Source of the DNA: Camelus ferus
Taxonomy: Eukaryota
Length of the DNA stretch: 64,000 nt
NCBI RefSeq assembly: GCF_009834535.1
Contig: NC_045696.1
Location: 30,382,001 to 30,446,000 of the forward strand
Direction of reading: 5' to 3'
Shown here: positions 26,096 through 40,569 of the stretch, one piece after another
Layout of the letters: every line of letters begins with the position of its first letter
Position numbering within the stretch: the first letter of the stretch is position 1
The notes under the pieces: generated by a model
Told to the model about the DNA's origin: nothing
Seen by the model: only the letters and a program-made list of their open reading frames with translations
The model's database searches: none
Program-made: the position numbers and the translations under genes

Positions 26096-28114
26096 TATGG
26101 ACTTAGTTCATCTTTAAGAAAGAGGTCCCCAAACAGCAAGTATATGCCAGCTATGCTTCCTACAGTTTATAGGATTAAATATATTAGAAATAGAAGTTTT
26201 CTTTTTTTTTTTTCAAATAAATCATTTGGTCTAATGCCTTTAATTTACAAATGTGAACATTGAGATTTAACAGCAGACCTCTGAGATTCCCTTTGAAACT
26301 GTACACTGTGTCCAGAGTGCCCTACAAAGAGCCAACAAATGTTGCAAGGCTTTTTGGAATATTAGGTCCTAGTCTCCATCTAAACATAAGAGAGTATTAC
26401 CAGCCTGTTACTTCAGTCTCTCCTTCTTATTCCAATGTCATCCTTCCAAAAAATCTGATTTATTTATTACCTAGATTTGCATGCTTTCATTATAATGTGG
26501 CCACATGTCAAATATCCATCTACATATAATATGATGCATAACTTAATATAAATAATAGACTCCCCAGTTTATTTAGACTGACTTGTGTGAAACACAGCGG
26601 GGAATTAGGAAGAGTGATTTCTCTAACAGTAGCTCTTTAATATCAGAAAAGAATATTAACAAAGTACAAGATATTCATACCCAGAGCTTGCAGAAAAACC
26701 TGCTGTTACTGTTTGTGATATCTCTAGTGTGATAATTCAATATATATATATTATAAGAAATTTCAGTGATAGTCTTCATTAACAAATTCTGTGATGTGCA
26801 AACAATTAATAAATGTTACCAAACAAATGGAAAAATTGATGGCAGTGGTCCTGTTTTTCACACATTATCCTAGATATATAACTTAAGGTTTTCTACCCAG
26901 TATTTTATTTTAAACATTTTCAAACTGCAAAAAGATGGGGAAAAGAAGCATAGGCATACTGTCACTCACAGTCACATATTTTTTCTCTTGTTCTCTTTAT
27001 TTCTCCCTTTAATTTCTTGCTGAATCATTTGAAACCATTTGCAAACATCTTAAGACTTTACTCCTAAATACTTTAGCATTTAAATCATATACTATTTTAT
27101 AAACAAAGCCAGAAAGTTTATCATTGATACAACATTATCTAATAAAGAAACCATAGTCAAAATATCCTTTAGAGCCCATTTTAAATTCATGTAGAAATAG
27201 AAAATCTTGCTCTTGTACTTAATTTTTTACAAACTTATCAGTGTCCTAGATATACTGCATTTGTACTCTTGAAGGGCAAAGTATTAACACTATGAACTGT
27301 AAGCTTTGTTTAAGATTTCAGTTATTATAGCTCATTATGATATTTTCTAAAATAACAGTTTATGAAAGTAAATGAATCTTCAACTGGTAACATTATTTTA
27401 TAATTTTAGGAAAAAGTACCAAAATGTATGACACCAGAGTGAGTGAAACAGAGAGTAGTATGCTACATAGTCATATATTCTTTGTAGTTATCATTAAATA
27501 ACTTTGAAATCAAAATTTGAAATTCTATACTATGAATATATGGGAAAAGTCTCTTGTTTTTCCATATGGATATTTAATAATTAACAATATTTTCTTTTTT
27601 ATGCTGAAATGATGAAATATGTACATAATAGAGACCCTTAAAAATTTCATGTAATATTGAAAGTATCCTTAAAGGGTTATAAATATACAAAATAGATTCC
27701 TTTTGTAGATAACTTGAGTTTTGATGGTAGAGCAGAAAGCTAGACATCAGGGGACTATTTGGAACACTAATACTTTAAACATAAGTTGTTTATATATGTT
27801 TCATCAACTAAGTATGATAGAGATTTTACAATATACAATACAATATTAAATATCCACCTATATTAAAGAGTTTCTTAGGTTAGAAAATTTGAAAACTGAT
27901 ATTTACTTGATTTTTTAAAAAATACATATATTCTATCAATAAATATTGTCTTCTTTGTCCATTGCCTAAAGCATGGTAATGGAGAGAATACAATTATGAG
28001 TTAGACGTGTTACCTGTTCAAAAGACACAAACATCTCATAGAAGAAAAACACAAATGTCAAAATGCATTAAATAGCTGGGACAGAATCTATACTGGGAAT
28101 AATGCCTTCATCAC

Positions 28115-28693
28115 TGTTGGGAACAAATATCTTCAGATGGTTAGTGTCATTGTCATAGCGTTAGGTAGTTAGATAAGCTGGGGAACCGGGCAAATAGATG
28201 GAGGAGAGGGAGAATGGTCCAGAAGATAGCACCTGACTTCTAAATGAGTGCCAGCAAGAAACCAGTTAGAAGCCAACAGCTGCAACTGTGTTGGAGTGAA
28301 GAAATAACTTAACCAGGCATGACTCAATGCTCATTGTAATATAATTAACATTGTGGTTTAAGCCCCCTCCAGGGTTTTTTTTTCTGTAAAGACCGTGAGT
28401 AAGAACATGCACAAAGGAAACAAGCATGACTAGGCATTCCAGGGGCAAGAACCAGCAATCAATCGAAAGACCACCTGTAAGTAAGGGTGTAAGAGAAAGG
28501 GCAAAACAGAGACCCCTGCTCTTCCTCCTTTGGATCAGCCTGCCTTCTGTTCTTGGAGGTATTCTTTTCCTTTTCTAAACAAATCCTTCAAAATCTTTCA
28601 CTGCACAGTGCTCTCCATCTCCTATCTGCAATCTTGTCTTTCGAGTAATACAAGGACTGAGGTCTTTTTCTTTTCCTTTTTTGGGGGGTAACA
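28115..28693 (+). mobile_element. Solo ERV LTR (~579 bp)
   Basis: TGTT...AACA termini; U3/R/U5-like layout with decayed polyA signal (ctaaacaaa) and U5-like tcttgtctttcgagtaatacaaggactgagg. Confidence 0.7.
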
Positions 28694-30509
28694 ATATTAC
28701 AGAAATCAGAAAAGGAACACATATTCATATTGAAGCATCATATCCAAGGAATGTTCAAAAAGTTCTAATTTTCCCTAACAGTCTTAATTTATTAGATTTA
28801 ATGTATAATTTCTAACTACATAATATATTGCAAATACACTAAAAATTAATTTTCTTATCAGTAGACACATTTAAAGCATGAGTATCATGCATTAATTTAA
28901 TATTTACTTAGGTATTTTCTACACATTATAGGTAATAGGAGAGATCTTACTCATGGTACCTGCTTCAAGTAGAAACCCACACATGTCAAGCCTTATTGTG
29001 ATGAGGATGATAAAGAAGGGTCTTGATTATGAGGAAATTGTTAGATATGGTGGTGCATAGAGGTTTTTTTTGTTTGTTTTTGTCTTTGTTCTTTTTTTCG
29101 TAAATGGACTTAAACAATTACTTACACAAGTATAAAGATTGCAATTTGCACTGTATTCTATCTTTTCTGAAAACCCAGAAGTTCAATGATTAGTGGAAAA
29201 TAAAGAGGAGACATCATGAAATCTGATGCTGGGCAAAGAATGGATCATTAAAGTGTTCAGTTTGTCAGAAGAATTTTCAAAACCATTGTTACACTGATAA
29301 TCAAAGCTATGTATTAGATATATTCGATTCTGTGGCTCTCCTACAATCGCTGGATAATATTAATTTAGTATAAACTGATTTTAAATGGCACAATGAGTCT
29401 TTTTATCTCCAGGTTATGGTTCAAAGCATTACAAAAGGTGATGGAAAATTGCATGCTTCTGATGCTCCCAGTAATTGCAGACACAAAATACACACAAAAA
29501 AAATTGGGGTGGAGGGAAACAAACATAATGGAGCAGCTATAGGAAATAATGAACAAAACATGGGAGAAAATAAACAATAACCAAACTTCTGAAGCTTCTC
29601 AATACAAAAAAAAAAAAAAAGATGTGGATGGAAGAACATTGTCTCCTTCTTTCCAGTTATATGCTGTCATTACTCCTGGTCTGTTCTCACAGATCATTTA
29701 GTAGCAATAAGCCAGCACAATGTGGGGCCAGCAGTAACGATCAGAGTGGAAGGCAAAAAAGAGCAGTGGGAGTAATTACAGCACTTCCCTGCTGAACCAA
29801 ATAAGGGACTGTAAAGCAGTGCAGCAGCATATCTTTCTATCTAAGGCAAAATGGGTTCAACGGGAGAAGGACAAAGATGGGTTAGATACATTTCTTGGAT
29901 AGCATAAGCAGAATTCCTTATTATGATTACTGGACAATCCCAGAGGAAAATTTGGGTGTCTCTATGTGTCTTTGTCATGGGGAAAATTCATTTTTCTTGC
30001 TACACATTATTCATTTTCCTGCTGGTAGGGAAACCAGGGGTGTTATCTTACAGAGACACTTTGAAATGAGTGATAATGTTACAGACAACTTAGGGGACAC
30101 ACATTAACTAAAGAGAAGGTACTGGTGATATTCTGTTCTGGGTCTTAGCATGAGAGTGTTAATCTCTTAGGGCTTGATTGCAACACGATTTTTAATTAAA
30201 AATTAAAAGAGCTCACATCCGTATATTCCTGTGGTGTGTCCTACTCCACACCCAAGGCTACAGAAATGTACATGGATAAGGTGAAAACTAGGTTTTAAAG
30301 AGAAAGCCATTAAGAAAGAAGTAAAACTCTTGAAGAGAAAAAATAATTTTGTGTGAAAATAGAACAAGGCATTCTTTCTTAAATAAGAAAACAATTACTT
30401 TCATGTCTCCGACATGCTCACATTATTATTATCCCTCTTTTTCTGTGTTACTTTTTACTTCCACATATGCAGAGACAACAAAAACAATAAAATAAAAACC
30501 TTTTAGTAT

Positions 30510-30685
30510 TTCCAATGCTGGGTTCAGATCTCAGCTTCTCCATTTATTAGCAACACTGAGAAAAATTACATGATTTTCTGATCATTAGTTTTTCTTTTCC
30601 CTAAACCTTGGAAAATAATGTAATAGTACTTATCATGTATAAAGATCCTAGCATGGTACTTGACATGCTAAAGTTCAGTATATTT
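30510..30685 (+). mobile_element. MIR SINE
   Basis: ctgggttcagatctcagcttctccatttattagc...cctagcatggtacttgacat. Confidence 0.65.
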
Positions 30686-31097
30686 TGGTTTCCTTTCTTC
30701 CAAATTGTCAAAAAATTACTCCCTGAATAAAACTCATTGAAAACCTAATATGAAGCTAGATAATAAAGAAGATGAATGCAAATACATGCATGGAGGCTCT
30801 AGGAAAAACTGATGTAAACATAACTTTAATACAAAATAAGGATTCCAAGATTGAACACTAAATTGATGGTTCCTTTAGTAAGAAAGAAGTAGAATGCACA
30901 AACTATTAAAATTACACGAGGCAATATGTAATTACATGGTAAATAGTGATATAATTATTTGTATAAGGAGGTCAAAGCAAATGGACAATAATGCTAACTG
31001 TGTTGGTCAGGAAATATTTCATGGAGGTGGTGAGTCTTAAACTTGAAGAAGGGCAGGGCTTGGACAAAGGTAATGAGGAGAAGAAACTGTAGCTTAG

Positions 31098-31381
31098 AAA
31101 CATGGGATTGACTTGGAGGGCATTATGCTAAGTGAAATAAGTCAGATAAGGACAAATACTACGTGATATCACTTCTAGGTGGAATCTAAAAAATACAACA
31201 AACTAGTGAATATAACAAAAGAGAAGCAAACTCACTTATAAAGAGAACAAGCGTGGCTACCAGTGGGGAAAGGAGAGTGGGAGCAATATAGGGTTGGGGG
31301 AATGGGAGGAACAAACTATTATATTGTACTGTATATTGTATTTTATAGGTTCAAGGATGTATTGTACAAAATGGGAAATAG
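31098..31381 (+). mobile_element. Older L1 3' end, left part (resumes at 32862-32952)
   Basis: gacttggagggcattatgctaagtgaaataagtcaga...gtggaatctaaaaaatacaacaaactagtgaatataacaaaa; the 3' UTR continues after the nested insertion. Confidence 0.85.
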
Positions 31382-32861
31382 ATTTGCATTTCTCTTGTAA
31401 TTAGTGAAATTGAGCATTTTTTCATGTGCCTATTGATCATTTGTATTTCTTCCTAAGAGATTTGCTTGTTTAGGTCTTCTACCCATTTTTGGACTGAGTT
31501 GTTTATTTTTTTCTTATTAAGTCATATGAGCTGCTTATATATTCTGGAGATCAATCTTTTGTCGGTTTCATTGTTTGCAAAAATTTTCTCCCATTACATA
31601 GGTTGACATTTTGTTTTACTTACTGTTTCCTTTTCTGTGCAGAAGCTTGTAAGTTTAATTAGGTCCCATTTGTTTATTCTTGCTTTTATTTCTACTGCTT
31701 GGGTAGACTGCCCTAGGAGAATATTTTTGAGATGAATGTAAGATAATGTTTTACCTATATTTTCTTCTAGGAGGTTTACTGTATCTTGTCTTATGTTTAA
31801 GTCTTTGATCCATTTTGAGTATTTTTGTGTATGGTGTAAGGGAGTGTTCTAGCTTCACTGATTTATATGCTGCTGTCCAGTTTCCCCAACACCATTTGCT
31901 GAAGAGATTGTCTTTATTCCATTGTATAGTCTTGCCTCCTTTGTTGAAGATTAGTTGACCAAAAGTTTGTGGGTTCATTTCTATTCTGTTCCATTGGTCC
32001 ATATGTCTGTTTTTGTACCAATACCATGCTGTTTTGATTACTGTAGCTCTATAGTATTGTCTTAAGTCAGGGAGAATTATTCCTCTAGCCTCTTTCTTTT
32101 TCTTCAGTAATTCTTTGGCAAAACTACAATGAGGTATCACCTCACACCAGTCAGAATGGCCATCATTCAAAAGTCCACAAATGACAAATGCTGGAGAGGC
32201 TGTGGAGAAAAGGGAACCCTCCTACACTGCTGGTGGGAATGTAGTTTGGTACAGCCACTGTGGAAAACAGTATGGAGATTCCTCAAAAGACTAGGAATAG
32301 ACTTACCATATGACCCAGGAATCCCACTCCTGGGCATATACCTAGAAGGAACCCTACTTCAAAAAGACACCTGCACCCCAATGTTCATAGCAGCACTAGA
32401 TATGGTATATTTATACAATGGAATACTATTCAACCATAAAAAATGAGAACATAACGCCATTTGCAGCAACATGGAAGTCCCTGGAGAATGTCATTCTAAC
32501 TGAAATAAGGCAGAAAAAGAAAGAAAAATACCATATGAGATCATTCAAATGTAGAATCTAAAAAAAAAAAAGAAAGAACATAAATACAAAACAGAAACTC
32601 ATAGGCATAGAATACAAACTTGTGGTTGCCAAGGGGCAGAGGGGTGGGAAGGGACAGACTGGGATTTCAAAATGTACAATAGATAAACAAGATTATACTG
32701 TATAGCACAGGGAAATATATACAAGATCTTGTGGTAGCTCACAGCGAAAAAAATGTGACAATGAATGTATGTATGTTCATGTATAACTGAAAAATTGTGC
32801 TCTACACTGGAATTTGACACAACATTGTAGAATGACTATAATGCAATTAAAAAAAGTTAAA
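31382..32861 (+). mobile_element. Younger camelid-type L1 with 5' inversion (twin priming): 31382-~32118 inverted, ~32119-32861 forward
   Basis: ORF 31751-32170(-) [18 protein letters not shown] and ORF 32129-32446(+) [19 protein letters not shown] are adjacent ORF2 regions on opposite strands; TSD aaaatgg(ga/gg)aatag at 31368-31381 and 32862-32875. Confidence 0.93.
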
Positions 32862-33744
32862 AAAATGGGGAATAGAGCTGATATTTTGTAGTAACTATAA
32901 ATGGAATATAATCTTTAAAAGTTGTATTATAGTTTTTTAAGATTAAAAAAAAGGAATTGTAGCTTTATGAGTAAAAGATCAAAATATGTCTGTAACTAGT
33001 AAAAGCTAACACACAAGTTGCTCTGGCAGTGTGGCACACAGTCGGGTGTAGTTTGTTGAGTTCTCTCTTCACAAGTGATATGGTCAATAATTTCAAACTA
33101 AATAAAATAAAAATGAATACATTGAAAGATGCTATATCCCTATGTCCTTAATATCATTGTTTTTATTTTTATAAACTCTACAGGCTTCCTCTATGCATTT
33201 CCCTTAATACTAATTTTTTTGCCTAAACTCTTATCTAATCCTGAAATGTAGGAGTTCCAGGTTATACTGAATAGCATTATCAATGTGTAGCTTTAAAAAG
33301 ACTTACCCAGAGGGAGGAACATCCGATTCCTATTTTTTATATTATATTTTTAAAATTCCTATCATATTTTGTATGTTTTATAAAATTATAAATTGGAGAA
33401 TAATATCATAAATCCTCATCACTCAGCTTTTACAATTAGCCCTATTTTGAAAATCTTCTTTCAATTATTCCAATTATGATTATTATTATTTGATGTTTTG
33501 GTTCTAAAACAAATACCAGATCCGATTTTATTTTGCCCTTGTATATTGTAACATTCACCTCCAACAGGCATAGATTTTGTAAAAACAGTACCAGTAAAGT
33601 TATTGCCCCAAACCGGTTAATATTTACTCAACTCTATCTAAGACCTTGCTCCTGTTCAAATTTTTGTATTGTATTTGTGGAAACTTATTTTGCACTAGAT
33701 ATTTTAATACAGAGCTAAATGAGCTTGTGTTTGCTTGATGTGTT

Positions 33745-34805
33745 ATTTTCTTTTCAGTTTTATTGAGGTATAATTGGCAAAGAAAAACGTAAGCTATTTA
33801 AAGTGCTCAACATAGTAATTTGACATAAATATACGCTGTGACATTATTTCCCCCATTGAGTCATCACATCTGTCACCTTGCATATTTACTTTTTTAATTT
33901 TTTGGTGAGAACATTTAAATTCTACTCTCTTAGAAAACTTCAATTATACAATACCATGTTATCAACTATAGAAACCATGTTATACATTGGATCTTCATCT
34001 TATAACTAAAAGTTTGAAACTTTTTACTAGCCTCTCCCTATTCCCTAACCCTCTAGTCCCTGGTAATTATTTTTCTACTCCATGTTTCTATGAGTTTATA
34101 TATTTTTCAAATATTTAGTTTCTACATACAAGTGATACCATGCATTAGTTTTTTTTTCCTGTCTGGCTTATTTTACTCAGCATAATGCTCTCCAGGTTCA
34201 TCCTTTTTGTCACAAATGACAAGATTTCCTTCTTGTATAAGGCTGAAAAATATTCCATTTATAGTCCTATAAATATATTTGTACATATTTATAAAAATAT
34301 TTCTATATTTATATATACCCATATATAAGTGCCTATACATTCATATAAAATATATATCAATATTTCCATATTTATTTCATAGGGATTTTCTTGATATATT
34401 CATTTATTGATGAACACTTGGATTGTCTCTATACCTTGACTGTTATGAATAATACTGCAGTGAATATGGGAGTGTAGATATATCTCTGAGATATGGTTTT
34501 GTTCCCTTTGGGTATATACCCAGAAGTGGACCTGCAGGGTCATATGGTAGTTCTATTTTTAATTTCCTGAAGAATTATACTGCGTTCCATAGCGGCTGAG
34601 TCAATTTACATTCATACCTTCAGTGCACCAGTGTTCCTTTTCTTCACATTCTCTCAGCATTTGTTATCTCTTGTCTTTTTGATAACAGCCATTCTAACAG
34701 TTGTGAGATGATATCTCATTATGATTTTTATCTGCATTTCTCTGATTATTAGTGATGTTGAACACGTTTTCATGTACGTGTTGGCCATTGGTATGTCTTC
34801 TTTGA
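33745..34805 (-). mobile_element. L1 3' fragment (ORF2 C-terminus plus 3' UTR)
   Basis: ORF 34654-34947(-) [26 protein letters not shown]; reversed 3' tail ttttattgaggtataattg. Confidence 0.9.
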
Positions 34806-35800
34806 ATGGGTCTGGTATATTTCTTGTCTCTTTTATTCTGTAACAGATTTCCCTCCTCTTACTTTTATTCTGTTTATTGGTTGAAGAAGTTAGATGATTT
34901 ATTGTGTAGAATTTGGCTGATTTCAACTTTGTGGCATTTTCTGACATATACTTCTATCTTCTATGTTTCTTATAAACCAGTTGTTCTATATAGAGGCCTG
35001 ATTAATATTTTATTAATAATTTGGAAGCAAACTACTTTACATTAACAGATCTATATATGTTGTGTTTCAGCAAATCAGATGGCACATAATGTCTGATTTT
35101 CTGACCATTTAGTCATGTTAAGTTTGATCAGTAATTTCTGATGTTATCCTGTTTCATCCACTGTCCTCTATCCCTTTTTCTCCAGCTAGTTTTACTAACT
35201 ATTGATGTGTTTTATCGAGATTAATAATTTTTTAGGGATTGCAAATGATGATTTTCTAATTCTATCACTGCTTCTGCAATTATTACCTAGAGTCCTTCAT
35301 TTAAGAACTCTCGCTCATGAGCTATAGTTACCCTGAAACTGAGTTGCACAGCAAGTGCAGTATCAGTGCTTGATTATGTTCATGCATTTATCATTTTCAG
35401 AGTAACTAATTGCATGTGTTTCAATGAGTTGCAGTCATTATTTTGTTTGATGCTCCTCTTGCCTCAGACTTGGCCAGTGACTGCCCTTTCAACTTGGCTT
35501 CTATGTTCCTTTAGGGACATAGATATTTTCCATGCTTTCCTGTGAAATAAAATGCTCCAGGCTGATCTTGTATATTTCCTAACTCAGATCTAGAATTACC
35601 CACTTCCAAAGAGCTCTTGTTCTTTAGGAAAAAAATCATATTTAGAGATCACAATCTAAATGCTCCTAAGTGTGCCAATTGCTCATTGTTATTGATTTGT
35701 CATGATTCTAGAATTTTTAAGAAGACAGAGTGAAAAATTATTATTATTTAGAAAAATAGGAAAAAATAGGTGTTCATATTTTTTCTAATTCCTTTAAGTT
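34806..35800. mobile_element. Ancient L1M-type 3' UTR fragments
   Basis: Motifs such as tccaggctgatcttgtatatttcct and atttagagatcacaatct recalled from old L1MC/ME 3' ends. Confidence 0.5.
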
Positions 35801-37422
35801 TAATTAATTTTTTCTATTTTATGTTTGTATTTATTTTGTGTGCCCACAAAATCTTTTCTCCTAATGATTTACATTATTCCTTATTTGCTTTAACAAATAT
35901 AATTATATTTAATAATATTTCAAAATACCATTGCCCTTATTAAAATTAAGAACATGAGGCAATTTAAGATTGTTTTAGCTATTGTTTTGGTGTAAATCCC
36001 AAAAAGAATATATAATCATTTGAAATAATTTTTATGGATTGCTATGGCATCAGTTTGTTTTAAAAGGTACACTAATTGATTTCAATTTACTTTTGATTTC
36101 TAGTTACTGTGCAAAATGGGTTTCTTTGGAAATCATTATTTTGGTAAGGGTAGAGTTTTTTTTTCTATATGGGATTAGAAGTTTGTTCCAGATATTTTTT
36201 TCCTGAAATTCTTACATTTTTTTCAGCATTATCATCCATAGATGTACAGAACTGCCTCATTCATAGCCTCTGATCAAATAACCCATTTTACAGAAAGATA
36301 GGGCAGCTGTGCAGATTATTTTAGTCTGTTAATCCAAGTCCCCAAAAGACCATTAATCAATTCTAAAACACTACCATTTTTCCATTTTATTCACATATAC
36401 CATGTCCACATATAAATTAGTAAGATTTTACCGTTTGTTAGGTATTAGCTTCCTTGCATCGTTACTGCTTATGTATTTTAACTTAAACCAAAAAAACAAA
36501 CAAACAAAAAACACACTCTTCTCTAAAGACTAGGGACAATGATAAGATAGAATAACTGTCACAGGCTAGGCTCAGGTATGTGGGAGTCTTCTAATGGCGA
36601 TGAAACACACAACCCTCTCCCTCACTAAAAAGTACAGCCTGAAATAGAAATGAAATTTTTATGGAATTCTTTAAAATTCACTGGTTCTACCACATGCTCC
36701 ATCAGTCAGAAAGAGTTGTCTTGACAGACGAATGAAATACTTGGTTGATGGCACCAGCCAAGAGATAGCTTCTTGTGTGGCTGGAGTGTGCCCTTAAACC
36801 AATGTCCTCCATTTGATGTCATTTTCCCCGCTGCTAGAATTCAGGGCTCTCCCGTATCTTCCCTTCATTATCCTCTGCACCACTGTGGATCTTACAGATC
36901 TTGTGGTAAGGGATTTGGAAGACCCACTTGAACTCTAAGATACTTGGGCATATTATATCCCTAGTTTTATTGAAATATATTTCATTATTGCCATCCTAAT
37001 TGCTCTGTTTCTGTGTGGGGATTTCAGGAAATTTCTGAAGACAATTGAATGACCACTTTTTTTCCAACTGCTCTGTTACTTGTTAAACTACAGCATTATA
37101 TTAATCATTCAGATCTAGTTTTTAATCCACAGTGTCATCAGATCTTTTCTCTATGTTCTGTCAGGAAAGTACTCATGAAGAATTTGGAATCAGCAAGATT
37201 TGGGTTTTGATTTCTGACTCTGCAATTTGTTTGAACTGAGAATTTTGAGAATTTACTTAATTTTGAAAAACTTCAGTTTATCTTTTCTATAAAAAGGTGA
37301 TAGTCCTAAGTACCTCCGAGAGTAAAGTATACATTAATTAGTGTCTTAGATTACTAGCCATGATGCTGAGACACGGACATTTGCCTTTTTTTCCCATTGT
37401 AATTTAATTTTCCATCACTTAC

Positions 37423-37751
37423 ATTTCAATCTGTTAATGACATCAATTAGGAAACAGTTCCTGCTTCCCTTTGTAAATTCAGTACATTTGGGAATAAATT
37501 CCTTGAGAAGAAGATTGTCTAGCATCCGAAGACATTGAAAGAAACATAGTTAATTTCTTTTTGGTAAAATGTTTACCAAATGAATGTTGTCCAATGACAA
37601 TTCCATCAAAAAAATTCTGGCAGCAAGCCATCAGAAAGTCTCACTGCCTTGACTGAAGAGATTGTTTTCACTAAAACTATTGATCACTTATTTCTCCCAA
37701 AGTACTTATGCTGATTTGTCATATCAGACAAATAGCCTTTACAAATAGTCA
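37423..37751 (-). pseudogene. Candidate decayed exon (329 bp; phase 1-1 with one frameshift)
   Basis: Acceptor ctactctttttgtcag| and donor AAT|gtaagt; 3' frame MELSLDNIHLVNILPKRN*LCFFQCLRMLDNLLLKEFIPKCTEFTKGSRNCFLIDVINRLK. Confidence 0.35.
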
Positions 37752-38584
37752 CTGACAAAAAGAGTAGAGGGTGTTTGTGTGTGTAATATATATTTGTATT
37801 TGTAGTGGATATGTGTAGTTCTTTAAAATATAAATTCCTAGAAATTGAGGACCATGTTGTATTTTCTGTATCACTCCTAACATATTGTGAGAGATCAATA
37901 AATATTAAAACAACACATTGTGCTTCCACAAAACTAGACATGAATTCATAAAGTGACAATCCAAGCACCAGGCAAAATATCTCATTTGGAACTAACCATA
38001 TAAAGAGGCAATAGGGAACAGATTAAAGGGCACAGCTGCCTCGTTCCACAAGTTTAGTTGGAAAATAGCCCAGAGAATATGGGAATATGTGACTGTACAT
38101 CTTTTCTATAGACTCATCTCTTCTGGGCTCCGGAGGGTTTTACAGCAGCACCTTTCCTCTCCACTGCAGATCTGTGATGCTCACACACTGACAGCAGTTA
38201 CTTCTCCTACGTATTGAACTAAAATTTTAGTGTGACATTCATTCCCCCAATGACTAACGAAGAGTCAGAAAAATATATACCATATTCAATTCAGTTCCAC
38301 ACAACCTTGGGCTGCTTATATTTGAGATGATAGCAGAGAAGGTATAGAAAATTAAAAAAAATCGTAGTCTACGTTTTCTTTAAACCATGTTTTATAGATT
38401 CTATCACCTAGTAAAGTTGTACCTTTAGCCTTGAATTGTGTCAAGTTGCAGCTTATATCTTCTCATGTAACAGGTATCATTGGGCAAACTGTTTTTTTTT
38501 TTAATTACATTATATATTCATTATGGATGTTCTTTTTTGCAGTTAACATCATCAAATATTCCTAGGAATTTAATAAAAACAGTA

Positions 38585-38890
38585 TCTGGAGGTGGGTGAG
38601 GGAGAATTGGAGGAAGACAGTCAACAGGTGCAAACCTCCAGGTACAAGATACGTAAGTAGGAAGGATATAATGTACAACATGATGACTAAAGTTAACACT
38701 GATGTATGATACGTATTAAAATTGTTAAGAGAGAAAATCCTGAGTTCTCATGACAAAGAAAAATTTTCCTTTTTTTTTTTTTTATTGTATCTACATGAGA
38801 TGATGAATGCTACCTAAACTTACTGCAGTAATCTTTTCACAATATAGTGATGTATGTCAATTACATCTCAATAAAACTGGGGAAAAAAGC
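38585..38890 (+). mobile_element. L1 3' UTR fragment
   Basis: aggtgcaaacctccaggtacaagata...atataatgtacaacatgatgact...tgtcaattacatctcaataaaactgggg. Confidence 0.8.
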
Positions 38891-38984
38891 AAAACAAAAT
38901 CTGAAAAGTTGTCACTGATTTTGGCAATAAAAGGTTATTTTTAAATTTAATTTGTTTAAACTGAAAGAAAAAAAAAAGCATAAC

Positions 38985-40480
38985 AACAGTTTACTCATTT
39001 CTCCACCTGCCAACCCCCCACCTCTGGAAACCGCCAATCTGTTCTCTGTATCTATGAGATATTTGTTTATTTATTTATTTATTCTATTCCACATACAAGA
39101 GAGACCATATGGTATTTGTCTTTCTCTGTCTCACTTGTGTCACTTAGCATAATGCACTCAAATTCTATCTATATTAGTCTTAAAAGCAAGATTTAATTCT
39201 TTTTTATGACTTAATAATATGTGTATACATATGTACCAGATTTTATTTATCCATTTGTCTATCAGTGGACACTTAGATTTTTTTTCCATATCTTGGCTAG
39301 GTAAATAATGCTGCAATGAACATGAGATGTATATATTTATGTAAATATACTTTTTTGAGTTAATGTTTTCATTTTCTTTGGCTACATACCCATTAGTGGA
39401 ATTGCTTGATCATGTGGTAGTTCTATTTTTAGTTTTTTGAGGAATCTCTATACTGTTTTTCATAATGGCTGTATCAATTTACATTCCCAGGAACTGTGCA
39501 CAAGTCTTCCCTTTTCTCCACATCCTTTCCAATACTTGCTATCTCTTGTATTTTTGGTGATAGATATTCTGATGAGAAGGAGGTTATATCTCATTGTGGT
39601 TTTGATTTGCATTTTCCTGATGATTAGTGATGTAGGCTCTTTTCATGTACCTGGTGGCCATCTGTATGTCTTCTTTGGAAAAGTGTCTATTCAGGTCTTC
39701 TGCTCAATTTTTTAATTGGAAATTTTTGCTATCGACTTGTATGAATTCTTCCTGTAGTTTGGATATTAGCCCCTTATCAGACATATAATTTGCAAACATT
39801 TTACCCTATTCAATGGGTTGCTTTTCCAATTTGTTGATGATTTTCTCTACTGTACAGAAGCTTTTTAGTTTGATGTAATCCCACTACAAGATGTTGCTTT
39901 TGCTTTTGGTGTCAGATCCAAAATATTATTGCCAACATCTATGTCAAGGAGCATACTGCCTAGGTTTTCTTTTAGGGGTTTCATGATCTCAGGTCTTACA
40001 TTCAAGCCTTTAATCCATTTTGAGTTAAAAATTTTTGTGTATAGTGTAAGATAGTGGTTTCATTCTTTTGCATGTGGACACCCAGTTTCTCCAACACTAT
40101 TTATTGAAGAGCCAATCATTTCAACATTGTATACTCTTGGCCCCTTTGTCATAAAGGAATGACCATATATATACGGGTTTATTTCTGGATTCTCTATTAT
40201 GTTCCATTAATCTATGTTTCTGTTTTTATGTCAATACTATGCTTTGTAATATAGTTACTATAGCTTTGTAATATAGTTTGAAATTTAGAAGCACAGTGCT
40301 TTCAACTTTGATCTTTCTCAAAAATGCTTTGGCCTAGTCTGGGTCTTTCATGGTTCCATAAAATAATTTTAGGATTGTTTGTTTTATTTCTGTGAAAATG
40401 CCATTGGAATTTTGATATGGATTGCATTGAATCTGTATATTATTTTGAGTAATATAGCCATTTTAATAATATTAATTCTT
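38985..40480 (-). mobile_element. L1 fragment (ORF2 C-terminal part plus 3' UTR)
   Basis: Continuous antisense L1 motifs (cataatggctgtatcaatttacattccc, gggattgcattgaatctgta). Confidence 0.9.
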
Positions 40481-40569
40481 CATTATATTTTTCATAATAT
40501 TAATTTTTTTTTTTGCTTTTAGCACTTTAGAAAATGTAAACATACTGTAAACATATTAATTAGTCATTT

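Noticed and set aside
31751..32446. Longest ORFs (139 aa and 105 aa) as genes
   Set aside because: Both are L1 ORF2 C-terminal fragments around an inversion junction
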